Assembly (NCBI GenBank): GCA_034530615.2
Contig: JAVRCV020000050.1
Span: 1-52,190, forward strand
Source of the DNA: Aulosira sp. ZfuVER01
GTDB lineage: Bacteria; Cyanobacteriota; Cyanobacteriia; Cyanobacteriales; Nostocaceae
Length of the DNA: 52,190 nucleotides
Direction of reading: 5' to 3'
Part shown: positions 29,426 through 41,328 of the stretch, piece by piece
How the letters are laid out: each line of letters starts with the position of its first letter
Position numbering within the stretch: the first letter of the stretch is position 1
The notes under the pieces: model-generated
Told to the model about the DNA's origin: nothing
What the model saw: only the letters and a program-made list of their open reading frames with translations
Database searches by the model: none
Program-made: the position numbers and the translations under genes

Positions 29426-32400
29426 ATGTCTACTGATAAGGGTATTGCAATGCTGACCTCTCCCTTGATGCCAAATTACCATCTAAACGAAATTCTCCAT
29501 GAGGGAGATGATACGGTTATTTATCGGGCTACATCACAAATTGACAAACAATCTGTAATCTTAAAAATTCTCAAAGCAGAGTATCCGTCTCTAGATGCAA
29601 TTACTAGTTTAAAACACGAATACAAAATTACAGAGAACCTTAATTTAGAACGTGTTGTCAAAGTCTTGAGACTGGAACGCCATGAAAATCGTTTAGCCCT
29701 AGTATTTGAAGATTTTGGTGGACAGTCACTGAAACAACTACTTAGCACTCAGAAATTAGAGCTAAATAGTTTTATGAGTATTGCATTTCAAATGACACAA
29801 GCTTTAGTATCAGTACATACTCACCATATAATCCACAAAGACATTAAACCGGGCAATATTATTATTAATCCCGAAACAGGGATTGTAAAGCTGACAGATT
29901 TCAGTATTGCCTCACAACTCAATAAAGAAACACCACAATTAGCTAATCCCCAGCAACTAGAAGGTACTCTAGCATATATGTCCCCTGAACAAACCGGGAG
30001 AATGAATCGTACTCTCGACTATCGGAGTGACTTTTATTCTTTAGGAGTTACTTTTTATGAAATGCTGACTGGAAAATTACCTTTTCAAAGCGATGACCCA
30101 CTGGATTTAATCTACTCTCATATTGCTAAACAGCCTGTAGAGATTGAGGAATTAAATCCAGTAATTCCGAGTGCCATTGCGGCGATTGTTGGGAAACTCA
30201 TGGCAAAAAATGCTGAAGACCGTTATCAAACAGCTAAAGGACTCTTAGCAGATTTAGAAATCTGTGGTGAAAATTTAAAAACAACAGGACAAATTACTGA
30301 CTTTACACCTGGTCGTTTAGATGTTTTAAGCCAGTTGCTTATTCCTCAAAAGCTTTATGGTAGAGAAACTCAGGCTAATTTACTTTTGCAGGCATTTGAA
30401 CGAGTCAGCCAAGGAAGCCGCGAACTTATATTAGTTTCCGGTTATTCTGGAATTGGTAAATCTTCTGTCGTTAACGAAGTTAATAAACCTATTACCCGCG
30501 CTAAAGGCTTCTTTATTAGTGGGAAATTTGACCAGTTTCAACGCAGTATGCCTTATGCGTCTATGATTCAGGCTTTTGGCAGATTAATGCGGCAACTGTT
30601 GACAGAAAATATTACTAAACTTGACCAGTGGCGTAGAAAAATTTTAGCAGCTGTTGGTTCTAATGGGCAAGTCATCATTGATGTAATTCCCGAAGTGGAA
30701 TTGATTATAGGTAAACAACCAAAAGTAGCTCAATTAAGTGCATCAGAATCACAAAACCGCTTCAATCGGGTTTTTAGTGAATTTATTCGTGTCTTCACTA
30801 AAAAAGAACATCCTTTGGTCATCTTTTTAGATGACTTACAATGGGCAGACTCAGCCACATTGAAGTTAATGGAACTGCTGATTACTGACATTAACAGCAA
30901 ATATTTACTTTTAATAGGGGCTTATCGAGACAATGAAGTTAGCCCCACACATCCATTAATTCAAACGATAGAAGCAATTAATAACAATTCTATTGTTGTT
31001 AATAACATTATTTTGCAACCACTGTTGTTAAACGATGCTAGTAATTTAGTTGCTGATGCATTAAATGAATCTATAGCAGGAGTAGAAATACTCGCCAATT
31101 TACTTTACAACAAAACAGGTGGTAATCCTTTTTTCCTCATACAGCTATTACTAGTACTTTATCAAGAAAAGCTGTTAATTTTTAACTTTGCAAGATCATC
31201 ATGGCAGTGGAATATAGATGAAATTCAAGCAATTGCTATTACTAATAAGAGTGTAGTAGAACTAGTTTCTAGCCGAATTCAAAACTTACCACAATCTACA
31301 CAAGACATATTAAAACTAGCAGCTTGTATAGGTAACACATTTTCTCTAGATGTACTATCTATAGTAAGTGAGAAATCTCCTACAAATAGTGCTAATGAAC
31401 TTTATTATGCCTTGCAAGCTGGGTTGATTTTACCTTTAAATGATGCTTACCGCATACCCTTAGTGTTTGGACAAGAAGATTCAGTTAATCTAAGTTTTGT
31501 TAGCAAAAAAGTTAGTTATAAATTTTTACATGATAGAGTTCAGCAAGCTGCTTATTCTCTGATTCCAGAAGATAAAAAACAGGCAACTCATTTGCAAATA
31601 GGCCAATTACTACTGCAACAGACACCATCTGAATGCTTAATAGAAAATATTTTGGATATTGTTAACCAGCTGAATTTTGGCTTGGATTTACTAACTAAAC
31701 AATCTGAAAAAGATGAGTTAGCAAAACTTAATCTTATGGCTGGCAAGAAAGCTAAACAAGCAACAGCTTATGAAACTGCTACTAAGTACTTAAATACAGG
31801 TTTGGGCCTTTTGGCAGCAGATAGTTGGCAGAAAGATTATTTCTTGACACTAAGTTTATATGTTGAGACTACAGAATCAGAGTATTTAACTGGTAATTTT
31901 CAACAATCAAATAATTTAGTATATTTTACGCTAAAGCAAGCGAATAACATTTTAGATAAAGTCAAGATATATGAAATAAAAATGCTAACTTGCATGGCAG
32001 AAAACAAAATGCCAGAAGTTTTAAAAATTGGTGTGGAAGTCCTCAAAGAGCTAGGAGTAAAATTACCAAATCAACCAACAAAACTAAATGTTATTTCAGC
32101 AATAATTCAGACAAAATTTACATTATTAGGTAAATCAATAGAAGATTTAGCTTTCTTACCAGAAATGTCTGACCCTCATAAATTGGCAGCTATGCAAATA
32201 TTGTTGCAAATTGTTCCTGCTGCTAGTCAGGCTGGTTCTTTAATTTTTGTACTGGCTGTATTGGCAATGGTGAGGTTATCTGTCAAATATGGCAAATCAC
32301 CTGTTTCAGCTTATGGCTATGTAGCTTACGGTTCCATTATATCTGATAAATTCAGCGAATTTAATCCAGGATATAGATTAGGAAAGTTAGCAGTAGATTC

Positions 32401-34885
32401 GATTACAAACATGAATGCTGACTCACTAAAAGCAACAGTTTACTTTGTATTTAATGGTACGATTAGATTTTTTAAAGATCCTGTTAAAGATACAGTAGCT
32501 TCTCTTGTAGAAGGGATGCAGAGTGGATTAGAAATGGGAAATATAGAAAATGCTGGCTATTGTGCGGTGATTGCAGGCTACCATTCGTTACTTTCTGGGG
32601 AAAACTTGGAATTGGTAGACAAGAAAATTTTGGGCTACATCCAGTTAATGCAAAAGCTAAAACTTGAAACACTAGCAGCAGCTACAAGCATTTTTAGACA
32701 AGCAGCTTTGAATTTACAGGCACTTTCATTGCATAAATCTGCTTTAATTGGCGAAGCATTCGATGAGATAACAATGGCAGATGAAGTAATTAAAAATTAC
32801 TCTTTTAAAGGTTTTTATCATGGTTGCAAAACAATTATTTCCTATTTATTCAATGAATACGATTTAGCTGTAGAAAATGCAATCAAAGCGGAGGAAACTC
32901 ATGAAAATAATGCAGGTTTATTAATTTACATTGTAAATAACTTTTATTATTCTTTAGCTCTCTTAGCGCTCTGCACTCATACTTCAATTGAGAAAAAAAG
33001 GCAATACATAAAGCAAGTAGAATCTCATCAGCAGCAAATGCAAAAATGGGTCAAACAAGCACCATGCAACTTCAAACATAAATATGAGTTAGTTGAGGCT
33101 GAAAAAGCGCGAGTTCTGGGTAATGTACAAGTTGCTATAGATTTATATGATAATGCTATTGCAGGCGCGAAAGAGAATGCTTATATCCAAGAAGAAGCCT
33201 TAGCGAATGAATTAGCAGCACGGTTTTATCTGGGTTTAGGTAAAGACAAGATTGCCAAAATGTATATGACAGAAGCATACTATGGTTATATACGTTGGGG
33301 CGCTATAGCGAAAGTACAAGATTTGGATGAACGCTATCCCAATTTGATCATTCGTAATGAAATTGTCAAAGATACAGCAATAGATGTAACCAGAACTATT
33401 GCTACGACAAAAATTAATTATTTAGACAGTAAAGGTCATAGCAATGGAATTTTAGATTTAGCTACAGTAATTAAGGCTTTGCAAGCAATTAGCAGTGAAA
33501 TAGTTCTAGATAAACTGCTAGATACTCTCTTACTTATAATTCTCGAAAATGCTGCTGCTCAAAAGGGCTGTCTAATTCAGATGAAAGGTAATGAATTGTT
33601 CATAGAAGCAATCAAAACCACAAATAATTCTTCTGTAGTTCAACAATCAATATCAATTAATGACAGCCAAACTATTCCTGTTTCTATCATTAACTATGTT
33701 GCTAGAACTCAGGAACCTCTGGTGTTCAACGATGCTATGTCTGAGGCTATTTCTCAATCTGACCCTTATATCCAGCGCTATCAACCAAAATCAATTTTGT
33801 GCGCTCCTATTTTCTATCAAGGTAAATTGATTGGTATCTTATACTTAGAGAATAATCTAGCGACAGGCGCATTTACTAGCGATCGCGTCACGATTGTAAA
33901 TCTCATCACATCCCAAGCTGCTATTTCTTTGGAGAATTCTCGACTTTATCAGCAAGCACAAGACTATGCCAAGCAATTAGAAATCTCTCTCTCTGACCTC
34001 CAGCAAATGCAATTGCAACTGGTGCAGAGCGAGAAAATGTCTACCTTGGGTGGTTTGGTATCAGGGATAGCACATGAAATCAACAACCCAATCGGTTTTA
34101 TTACTGGGAACTTGCAACCAGCCAGTGAGTACGTCCAAGACTTGTTAGAGCTAATTAACTTGTATCAACAGCACTATCCTAAACCTATGGCAGAAATTAC
34201 AAAAAAAATTAAAGCCATAGATTTAGAGTATGTACGAGAAGATTTACCCAAACTCATTGCTTCCATGCAAGAAGGTATCAACCGCATTTATGACGTGAGT
34301 GTAAGCTTGCGTACTTTTTCTCGAGCAGATACTCAAAAACCAATTACTTGCAATATCCATGAAGTAATTGATAGTACGATTTTGATTCTCAAGCATCGTT
34401 TGAAAGCCTCAAGCAGTAGTCCTGCTATTGAAATAAGGAAAAAATATGGCGATCTACCGCCAGTTCAATGTTTTCCTGGTCAACTTAGTCAAGTGTTTAT
34501 GAATTTGATCGCCAATGCTATTGATGCTTTAGAAGAGTCAAATATGGGACGGACTATGGATGATATGAAAGCAAATCCCAATTGTATTACCGTAATTACT
34601 AAAACCAGTGAAGACCAGAATAACATCACGGTTCATATTAAAGATAATGGCCCGGGAATGACAGCAGAAGTCAAGCAGAAGATTTTTGACCATTTGTTTA
34701 CTACCAAACCCGTAGGTAAAGGAACGGGGTTAGGATTAGCTATTTGTTATCAGATTGTCACAGAAAAACATGGTGGAGTCATAGAGTGCATTTCTTTCCC
34801 TGGAGAAGGTGCTGAGTTTATTATTCAGATTCCTATAAAGATTTTAAATCAAGTCGAAAATCAGCATCAGTTTCATTGGCATTAA
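29426..34885 (+). CDS. Hybrid Ser/Thr kinase - AAA ATPase - GAF - histidine kinase (HstK/Pkn type)
   Basis: HKDIKPGN, KLTDFS and YMSPEQTGR; P-loop GYSGIGKS; LDDLQWAD; GAF ILYLENN; AHEINNP and GKGTGLGL. Confidence 0.95.
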   Translation: MSTDKGIAMLTSPLMPNYHLNEILHEGDDTVIYRATSQIDKQSVILKILKAEYPSLDAITSLKHEYKITENLNLERVVKVLRLERHENRLALVFEDFGGQSLKQLLSTQKLELNSFMSIAFQMTQALVSVHTHHIIHKDIKPGNIIINPETGIVKLTDFSIASQLNKETPQLANPQQLEGTLAYMSPEQTGRMNRTLDYRSDFYSLGVTFYEMLTGKLPFQSDDPLDLIYSHIAKQPVEIEELNPVIPSAIAAIVGKLMAKNAEDRYQTAKGLLADLEICGENLKTTGQITDFTPGRLDVLSQLLIPQKLYGRETQANLLLQAFERVSQGSRELILVSGYSGIGKSSVVNEVNKPITRAKGFFISGKFDQFQRSMPYASMIQAFGRLMRQLLTENITKLDQWRRKILAAVGSNGQVIIDVIPEVELIIGKQPKVAQLSASESQNRFNRVFSEFIRVFTKKEHPLVIFLDDLQWADSATLKLMELLITDINSKYLLLIGAYRDNEVSPTHPLIQTIEAINNNSIVVNNIILQPLLLNDASNLVADALNESIAGVEILANLLYNKTGGNPFFLIQLLLVLYQEKLLIFNFARSSWQWNIDEIQAIAITNKSVVELVSSRIQNLPQSTQDILKLAACIGNTFSLDVLSIVSEKSPTNSANELYYALQAGLILPLNDAYRIPLVFGQEDSVNLSFVSKKVSYKFLHDRVQQAAYSLIPEDKKQATHLQIGQLLLQQTPSECLIENILDIVNQLNFGLDLLTKQSEKDELAKLNLMAGKKAKQATAYETATKYLNTGLGLLAADSWQKDYFLTLSLYVETTESEYLTGNFQQSNNLVYFTLKQANNILDKVKIYEIKMLTCMAENKMPEVLKIGVEVLKELGVKLPNQPTKLNVISAIIQTKFTLLGKSIEDLAFLPEMSDPHKLAAMQILLQIVPAASQAGSLIFVLAVLAMVRLSVKYGKSPVSAYGYVAYGSIISDKFSEFNPGYRLGKLAVDSITNMNADSLKATVYFVFNGTIRFFKDPVKDTVASLVEGMQSGLEMGNIENAGYCAVIAGYHSLLSGENLELVDKKILGYIQLMQKLKLETLAAATSIFRQAALNLQALSLHKSALIGEAFDEITMADEVIKNYSFKGFYHGCKTIISYLFNEYDLAVENAIKAEETHENNAGLLIYIVNNFYYSLALLALCTHTSIEKKRQYIKQVESHQQQMQKWVKQAPCNFKHKYELVEAEKARVLGNVQVAIDLYDNAIAGAKENAYIQEEALANELAARFYLGLGKDKIAKMYMTEAYYGYIRWGAIAKVQDLDERYPNLIIRNEIVKDTAIDVTRTIATTKINYLDSKGHSNGILDLATVIKALQAISSEIVLDKLLDTLLLIILENAAAQKGCLIQMKGNELFIEAIKTTNNSSVVQQSISINDSQTIPVSIINYVARTQEPLVFNDAMSEAISQSDPYIQRYQPKSILCAPIFYQGKLIGILYLENNLATGAFTSDRVTIVNLITSQAAISLENSRLYQQAQDYAKQLEISLSDLQQMQLQLVQSEKMSTLGGLVSGIAHEINNPIGFITGNLQPASEYVQDLLELINLYQQHYPKPMAEITKKIKAIDLEYVREDLPKLIASMQEGINRIYDVSVSLRTFSRADTQKPITCNIHEVIDSTILILKHRLKASSSSPAIEIRKKYGDLPPVQCFPGQLSQVFMNLIANAIDALEESNMGRTMDDMKANPNCITVITKTSEDQNNITVHIKDNGPGMTAEVKQKIFDHLFTTKPVGKGTGLGLAICYQIVTEKHGGVIECISFPGEGAEFIIQIPIKILNQVENQHQFHWH

Positions 34886-34908
34886 AGCACAAGTATTCAT
34901 ACTAAGAA

Positions 34909-34935
34909 AAAAGGATGAAAAATTTTCATCCTTTT
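34909..34935. terminator. Bidirectional terminator between convergent genes
   Basis: aaaaggatgaaaa-a-ttttcatcctttt. Confidence 0.6.
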
Positions 34936-35072
34936 AATCTAAAATACATTGCACTTACATATTTTTGCATTTGAAGCACATCGGTAATTGTCTGTATAAA
35001 CAGACTAAACTGTGTGAAGCAGCTTTTACTTTTACAGATATACTCTATAATAGCTTCTTGACTACAGGTAAA

Positions 35073-36731
35073 TTAAAAAAGAAAAGTACTTCTGAGAATG
35101 CCGATAGTCACTGGATCGTTATTTGGTGTATGACCAGGTTCCAAGATATGAATTATTCCTGGTGTGATACTAATATTATCTGTCAGTTGGAAGCGATAAA
35201 ATGCTTCGATATGAGTAGTTGTTCCTGGTTGCCCTCCAGCACGTCCTAAGCCTGTATCGACTGAGTCAGGAACATTACTTCCTATCGGTAGATTACTACT
35301 TGTAATCTTAGGAGGTTGCCCTACATAAATTCCAGCTAAATTTCCCTTAGCAAATAAATCTGGTAAGTTGAGAAACGCCATGTAATTTGTTGTTTCGACA
35401 TTTCCTACTTGCCCAGGAATATAAGAATTAGTATAACCACCCCATGCACCAATAGTAATACGGGGCGAAATTTGCCAAGTTACAGTGGCACCAACAGCAT
35501 TAGTTTGAAGGGGTTCTGATTTTGCAGTTAAGCATTCATCACCCACATAACTCTTTAAACAGCCATCTGAAGCATAATTATTGACATAATACAAACTTAA
35601 ATCTATGGCATCAGTTGGTGTTACCAGTAATTGCACAGCCGTAGTAGTAGTACCATCAAACAAACCTGTACGTTTACCAGGATTACCGGGAACCAAACTA
35701 GTATAAATTGCCTGTAAACTAGCACGTTTAGCAAACTGCCAATCTATAGCTATACCACCGTGACCAAATCCTATATTTAAAATCGGATTTCGTTGGGCAA
35801 AGAAAGATAATGGCCCTGTAGCACCACTTTCTACGCGGTTTGGCCCTCGAAAGGCACTTGCCATACTTACGCCTTCGGTTCCTACCATCAATGCTAAGTT
35901 GTCAGTAATCAGCCAGTGATAATTGAGGTCACTGATAATAAATTGGTTATCTGTAGGATACTCATAGCCGAGATTCATATCATTGCGAGACACGCTATTG
36001 TTAAATCTAGGGCCAGAGCTACCCATTCCATTTAAAAGAGCTGTAAATAAGTAACTACGAGGGGTAAATTGCGTAGTTAAAGATAGCTGGGTTAGGGACA
36101 TTAAACCAATGTTTGTACCACCATCATTTGTATCTTTGATACCATCTCTGGGATTAACATCACCCCTATTGCTAGTTCGTCCCTGCGCGCCAACTATTAC
36201 TAGTCCACTGAGTTTAGTTGTTGTAGAAAATTGCTTGGCTTCAAGTTCGGTAGTGCGCGCTTCTAAGCTATCAACTCGACCTCGCAATGTTGCTAATTCT
36301 GGTGCAAATTCTGATTGTAATTTTTGTAACTTGGCTAAATCTTCGCGAGTCACTGAATCACTGGTAGCTGTAGCGATTAACTCATTAACTCTATCTAGGC
36401 AAGCATTCACACCTGCGGCGAATTCATATCGAGTTAAAGCGCGATTACCACGATAGGTGCTATCTGGATAACCTGCTATGCAACCGTAGCGTTCTACTAA
36501 AGACTGCAATGCTTGAAACGCCCAATCTGTAGGCTGTACATCTTTTAGTTGAGATACCGATGTGACTTGTGACATCGGTTCTTCTTCCTCTAAGTAAGAC
36601 TGATTTGGGGGAGAAGGAAAGCTATAGTCTTGTGCAGTCGCTTTTTCTACAACTCCGTTTACGCTCGCAACGATTAACCATGCGAGCATCCAAACTTTAC
36701 TCTTACTGTGGCTAATCATTATATTTTTCAA
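35073..36731 (-). CDS. SLH-domain outer-membrane porin (cyanobacterial OprB/iron-uptake porin family)
   Basis: QVTSVSQLKDVQPTDWAFQALQSLVERYGC, FSTTTKL, EAFYRF and a terminal RSTFLF. Confidence 0.95.
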   Translation of the reverse strand: MKNIMISHSKSKVWMLAWLIVASVNGVVEKATAQDYSFPSPPNQSYLEEEEPMSQVTSVSQLKDVQPTDWAFQALQSLVERYGCIAGYPDSTYRGNRALTRYEFAAGVNACLDRVNELIATATSDSVTREDLAKLQKLQSEFAPELATLRGRVDSLEARTTELEAKQFSTTTKLSGLVIVGAQGRTSNRGDVNPRDGIKDTNDGGTNIGLMSLTQLSLTTQFTPRSYLFTALLNGMGSSGPRFNNSVSRNDMNLGYEYPTDNQFIISDLNYHWLITDNLALMVGTEGVSMASAFRGPNRVESGATGPLSFFAQRNPILNIGFGHGGIAIDWQFAKRASLQAIYTSLVPGNPGKRTGLFDGTTTTAVQLLVTPTDAIDLSLYYVNNYASDGCLKSYVGDECLTAKSEPLQTNAVGATVTWQISPRITIGAWGGYTNSYIPGQVGNVETTNYMAFLNLPDLFAKGNLAGIYVGQPPKITSSNLPIGSNVPDSVDTGLGRAGGQPGTTTHIEAFYRFQLTDNISITPGIIHILEPGHTPNNDPVTIGILRSTFLF

Positions 36732-36918
36732 TTTATTTTACTCTATATCACTATATAAGCCATGAGTGTATGTAAAATTATCTAGCAATAGCATGAGTAT
36801 ATTTACGTATTTTATACTAAGTTAGATTAAAAAAAATCTGGGCAATATTTAACAAGCGCGAGTATAAAAGATAAATTAACCAGCCCAAATATACTCTCTG
36901 GATAGAGTGAAAATTAGC

Positions 36919-39285
36919 ATGGCAAATCGGTTGCGAAAGCTGACGCCAAAGTCCTTAGGGCAAAATCAGCCTCGTGTAGGTACAATCAAACATATCTTCA
37001 AAAAACCCCAGAACAATACTCAACTGGGAAATTTGCTAACATCAACGCTAGCGATCGCTGCATTGTTAAGCAGTGTAGGTTTATTAATAGCTTTTGCCTG
37101 GATCAGCGTTCTATTCATATTCAATCCAGAACAAATTATTTGGCTAAATAAATTTTTACCAGAATGGGCGCAGATTTCCGTTGGTAATTCCGGTGAACGC
37201 CCCCAAAGCCTCAAACAAATTCAAAACAGCCTAAGCAAACAACAACGCATAGCTGGGAAAACTCTAGCTTTGGAACAAGACAAAGAAAACTCTTTTTTAT
37301 TACCAGTTTTCCAGCAACGTCCTAATTGTCAGTTTGATTGTCAATTAATTGTAGAACTCAGGGTTTATCAACAAGCCAAGGACTTGGAATTCCAATCCCA
37401 GGCAGAAAAATATTACCGTCTTGTGGCGCAATTACCCATCACCGGGCCAGATGAATCCTTTGTGTTGGCTGCATCTGATGAGGAGGTAAAACTAGAAAAC
37501 CCAGACAACAGCATTCCTTTACCACTAGAAGAAGTCAAACGTTTTGACGGAGAGACTCCATCATCAGGTTTTTGGTTTGATTTACAAGGTAAACTCCAAC
37601 AAGGAACTAGTGCGATCGCTTACGGTCAAATTGTCTACTACAATCCACAACGCAGTACACTTAAACAGATGTTGTCGTGGAAAAGTCCCAATGGACAAGT
37701 ACCTAAATGGCAGCAGGTAACTGGTAGTGCTGAAAAAGAATTAGTCATCGATCAAACAGTAGGGTTAGAACCACAGCTACGCATTTACCAGGTTAAAGCT
37801 ATTAAGTTATTCCTCAACCCCATTCAACTAGAAGAAATTTCCCTCAAGATACCCGCCCTCAAAGATACTGCCTACCAAAACGCTTTGTTACTTGCTCGTA
37901 GTGGACTGTGGACACCAGCCTTCGAGTGGTTGAAATCTTTGCAGAAACAGCGAAAAGAGGCGCTTCCAGCAGCGGCACAAGCGCAAATCGATCTGATTGG
38001 CTTACACTCCCAACTTACCAAAACCCAAGCTGATAAGATTTGGGCAATTCCGAGTCAACAGGTATTAGCAGATTTGATTGATGGTCGCTGGGCAAAAGCT
38101 TTACAGTTATTTGAAGCTTCTTCACAGAATGTCCAAGAAATTGCTACTTTACTGCAAATGGATGGAGGACGTTTGTGGAACCGTACTACAACAGCATTGC
38201 GAGTTAACCCAAATAGGCCAGATGTACAAGCTTGGGGAGCATTGATTTTAGCAGTTCAACGAGGGGAAGAACGGGCAATTTCTTGGTTGGAGGCACAACC
38301 AAAAATTACCCCAGATACTCTTAACCAGATTCAAGGCCTATTAGTACGCCTGAGTAATGAAGGAGTTAGACCTAAAATCATTTCTGGTCATCCCAGCCGC
38401 ATTATAGGTTCAGTGCAACCTCTAACTAAAGTAATCAGCACTGAGTGGCTCAGACCAAACCCAAAAGCAGAATTCCAACTGATGGATAATGAAGTTTGGT
38501 ATCAGGTAGAAGTAAGCGCCTTTAATGATGGTAAAAGCTGGCTAAATTTCCCATTTGAAAATTTACAGATGCCTAAAAATTCTCCTGTCAAATTTCTCTG
38601 GGATACTTTGGGTATCTATTCTGACCCAGGAATGTTACTTGTGGTTTGGTCAGCCAACGGAGAACAACAAATAACTACCGCCACCATCAAAGGAGTGAAA
38701 TTGCAAGGTGGGGCTTTGCGGCTATTAGTTGCTGGACAAAAAATCGCTGACAATCAAAATAATCTTCTCCAACCCAGACCTTTAGCTTTGACGGATGCAG
38801 CTTTGGAATGGATACAACCATCTCCCATTACTCTGGCAGAACTATATCAACAAGATCCAGCAAGAGTAACGGCTATGCTGCCGATTGTATGGCAGACTTT
38901 ACAACAATCTGGTCAAATTCCCAGTGGCGCTAGGCCTAACCTGGCACAAATGCTGCAAGAACTAGGCTATTGGCCTGTACAAGTGATTAATTTAACAAAT
39001 AATTCTCAGCCAGAAACCGTACTAACTATCTCAGCAGAAGCAATAGCATCTTTGAAGCAATCGCTGTATGGAGTACAGGAGCAGGAAGAAAGTTTATTCC
39101 GTCCCCGTACCCTGATCTTGTCGGATAAGGGTAAAGTACTTTATACTGATTTTCAAAGAAATTCCGAGCAAGCACTGACAGCGATCGCCCAACTTTCGGA
39201 TGGACATTCTCTAGCTTTGTTAGTAGAGAATGGCAATAAGTATAGTCTCAAGCGCTGGTCGCAAAAAAATCAACGTTTTGAATAG
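36919..39285 (+). CDS. Large hypothetical membrane-anchored protein
   Basis: Long ORF (GTG at 36907 or ATG at 36919) with one N-terminal TM; no motif recognised. Confidence 0.8.
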   Translation: MANRLRKLTPKSLGQNQPRVGTIKHIFKKPQNNTQLGNLLTSTLAIAALLSSVGLLIAFAWISVLFIFNPEQIIWLNKFLPEWAQISVGNSGERPQSLKQIQNSLSKQQRIAGKTLALEQDKENSFLLPVFQQRPNCQFDCQLIVELRVYQQAKDLEFQSQAEKYYRLVAQLPITGPDESFVLAASDEEVKLENPDNSIPLPLEEVKRFDGETPSSGFWFDLQGKLQQGTSAIAYGQIVYYNPQRSTLKQMLSWKSPNGQVPKWQQVTGSAEKELVIDQTVGLEPQLRIYQVKAIKLFLNPIQLEEISLKIPALKDTAYQNALLLARSGLWTPAFEWLKSLQKQRKEALPAAAQAQIDLIGLHSQLTKTQADKIWAIPSQQVLADLIDGRWAKALQLFEASSQNVQEIATLLQMDGGRLWNRTTTALRVNPNRPDVQAWGALILAVQRGEERAISWLEAQPKITPDTLNQIQGLLVRLSNEGVRPKIISGHPSRIIGSVQPLTKVISTEWLRPNPKAEFQLMDNEVWYQVEVSAFNDGKSWLNFPFENLQMPKNSPVKFLWDTLGIYSDPGMLLVVWSANGEQQITTATIKGVKLQGGALRLLVAGQKIADNQNNLLQPRPLALTDAALEWIQPSPITLAELYQQDPARVTAMLPIVWQTLQQSGQIPSGARPNLAQMLQELGYWPVQVINLTNNSQPETVLTISAEAIASLKQSLYGVQEQEESLFRPRTLILSDKGKVLYTDFQRNSEQALTAIAQLSDGHSLALLVENGNKYSLKRWSQKNQRFE

Positions 39286-39448
39286 CCGCTTGAGGAACGA
39301 TAAAGGCTGAAGTGTGAAGTATGAATTCGGTAGTACGGAGTTCAAACCCATAACTAAGAGTTAGTGGATTGAACGTAGTGCCGCACAGAAACAGACTAAT
39401 TTATTCATTTAGCCTTTAAACATCTTCAGACTTCAGACTTTGATAGGC

Positions 39449-39640
39449 TTATTGTTCTTGAGTATTGCTAGACAGGCGTTGCTGCTTGAGGTTCTGCAAC
39501 TGCATGAGCAAAGAGTCTATCTCTGCTTGCAAGTGCATCAATTTGGCTTGCTGATCGTCTTGGTAATAAGACTTGTTTAACTTGCTTGCCCAGGACTCTT
39601 GGGACACGCGATCGGAAACACTAGATGAACAGGTAGACAT
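39449..39640 (-). CDS. Small hypothetical coiled-coil protein
   Basis: DQQAKLMHLQAEIDSLLMQLQ; ATG at 39640. Confidence 0.7.
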   Translation of the reverse strand: MSTCSSSVSDRVSQESWASKLNKSYYQDDQQAKLMHLQAEIDSLLMQLQNLKQQRLSSNTQEQ

Positions 39641-39986
39641 AGTTAAATAGATCCACAACTCAACTCACACCATTAGAGATATTATAATAATGTAGTTTTA
39701 AGCTTTGTTAAAAGATTGTGTATTTTCAATCATTTACTCTAATAGGTTTTTAGTTTTGTGATAAGAGACTCCAATTGCAATGACTGTGTTCCAGAAAATA
39801 CATCAGACCTGCGATCCTTTTGTGACAAGACTTTTGACAAAGCTGCCTGGGAAAATCAATAAAAATTCTAGGTGAAACGCCTGCACCATAAGAAATTACT
39901 TTCTTCTTGTGATGAGAGCATCTGCTGGTGCAAGATGTGTACTACTGGTATTTTTCCGTTTGCACTAAAAATTTGTATAAATAACC

Positions 39987-41078
39987 GTGACTGTAAGCTT
40001 GTCTGTTGCTAAATCTCATCGCCAACCCTGGCCCGGACTGATAGAAGCCTATCGTGAATACTTGCCTGTAAGCGAAACAACGCCGGTGGTCACTCTGTTG
40101 GAGGGGAACACACCTCTAATACCAGTGCCGGCGATCGCGGAAATTATTGGCAGACAAGTGCGTGTTTTTGTCAAATACGACGGTCTTAACCCCACTGGTA
40201 GCTTCAAAGACCGGGGAATGACAATGGCAATTTCCAAGGCGAAGGAAGCAGGGGCAAAGGCGGTGATTTGTGCCAGTACAGGCAACACATCGGCAGCAGC
40301 AGCTGCTTACGCTAGACGTGGGGGAATGAATGCCTTTGTGCTAATTCCCGATGGTTATGTGGCGCTGGGTAAGTTAGCACAGGCTTTACTTTACGGGGCT
40401 GAGGTGCTGGCGATTAAAGGTAATTTTGACCGCGCCTTAGAAATTGTCCGCGAGATGGCAGAAAGCTATCCGATCACTTTGGTGAATTCGGTGAATCCCT
40501 ACCGCTTAGAAGGGCAGAAAACAGGGGCGTTTGAAATTGTCGATGCGTTGGGTAATGCTCCAGACTGGCTGTGCATCCCAGTGGGAAATGCGGGGAATGT
40601 CTCGGCATACTGGATGGGATTTTGTCAATATCATCAAGCCGGGAAGTGCGATCGCTTACCCAAGATGATGGGATTCCAAGCAGCAGGTGCAGCTCCCTTA
40701 GTGCATGGTAAGCCAGTAGAACATCCAGAAACCTTGGCAACAGCAATTCGCATTGGTAATCCGGCAAGTTGGGAAAAAGCGATCGCTGTTAAATCAGCTA
40801 GTCAGGGAGATTTCCGCGCCGTTACCGATGCTGAAATTCTTGATGCCTACCGATTGTTGGCATCATCTGAAGGGATATTTTGTGAACCAGCCAGTGCAGC
40901 TTCCGTAGCAGGACTGTTGCAAGTGAAAGACCAAATCCCCACAGGGGCGACAGTAGTTTGCGTCCTCACTGGCAATGGTCTCAAAGACCCAGATACAGCC
41001 ATTAAGCACAGCCACAGTCAATTTAAACAGGGCATTGAGGCAGAACTGGGAGCAGTAGCAGAGGCAATGGGATTTTAG
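39987..41078 (+). CDS. thrC: Threonine synthase
   Basis: [18 protein letters not shown] (PLP lysine), [15 protein letters not shown] and LTGNGLKD. Confidence 0.97.
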   Translation: MTVSLSVAKSHRQPWPGLIEAYREYLPVSETTPVVTLLEGNTPLIPVPAIAEIIGRQVRVFVKYDGLNPTGSFKDRGMTMAISKAKEAGAKAVICASTGNTSAAAAAYARRGGMNAFVLIPDGYVALGKLAQALLYGAEVLAIKGNFDRALEIVREMAESYPITLVNSVNPYRLEGQKTGAFEIVDALGNAPDWLCIPVGNAGNVSAYWMGFCQYHQAGKCDRLPKMMGFQAAGAAPLVHGKPVEHPETLATAIRIGNPASWEKAIAVKSASQGDFRAVTDAEILDAYRLLASSEGIFCEPASAASVAGLLQVKDQIPTGATVVCVLTGNGLKDPDTAIKHSHSQFKQGIEAELGAVAEAMGF

Positions 41079-41328
41079 GAAATAAAAGGTTTAAGACCCT
41101 TAAGTCTACACGTAGCCTCGGTTTCAGCCGGGGATATAAGCCCCGGCTGAAACTGTCTTTAATTTTGAATTTTGAATTTTGAATTTTGAATTGTTAAGCC
41201 TCCTGCCCTCTGCCTTTTTTGTTAAATGGCGGGGATTTCAGCTTAAAACTTATGTTGAAATTTCCTGGACATCGATTTTTGGGCGTAATCTTCTTAACAG
41301 AAGCCTTCTATTTCTGGATTCGCCAATT

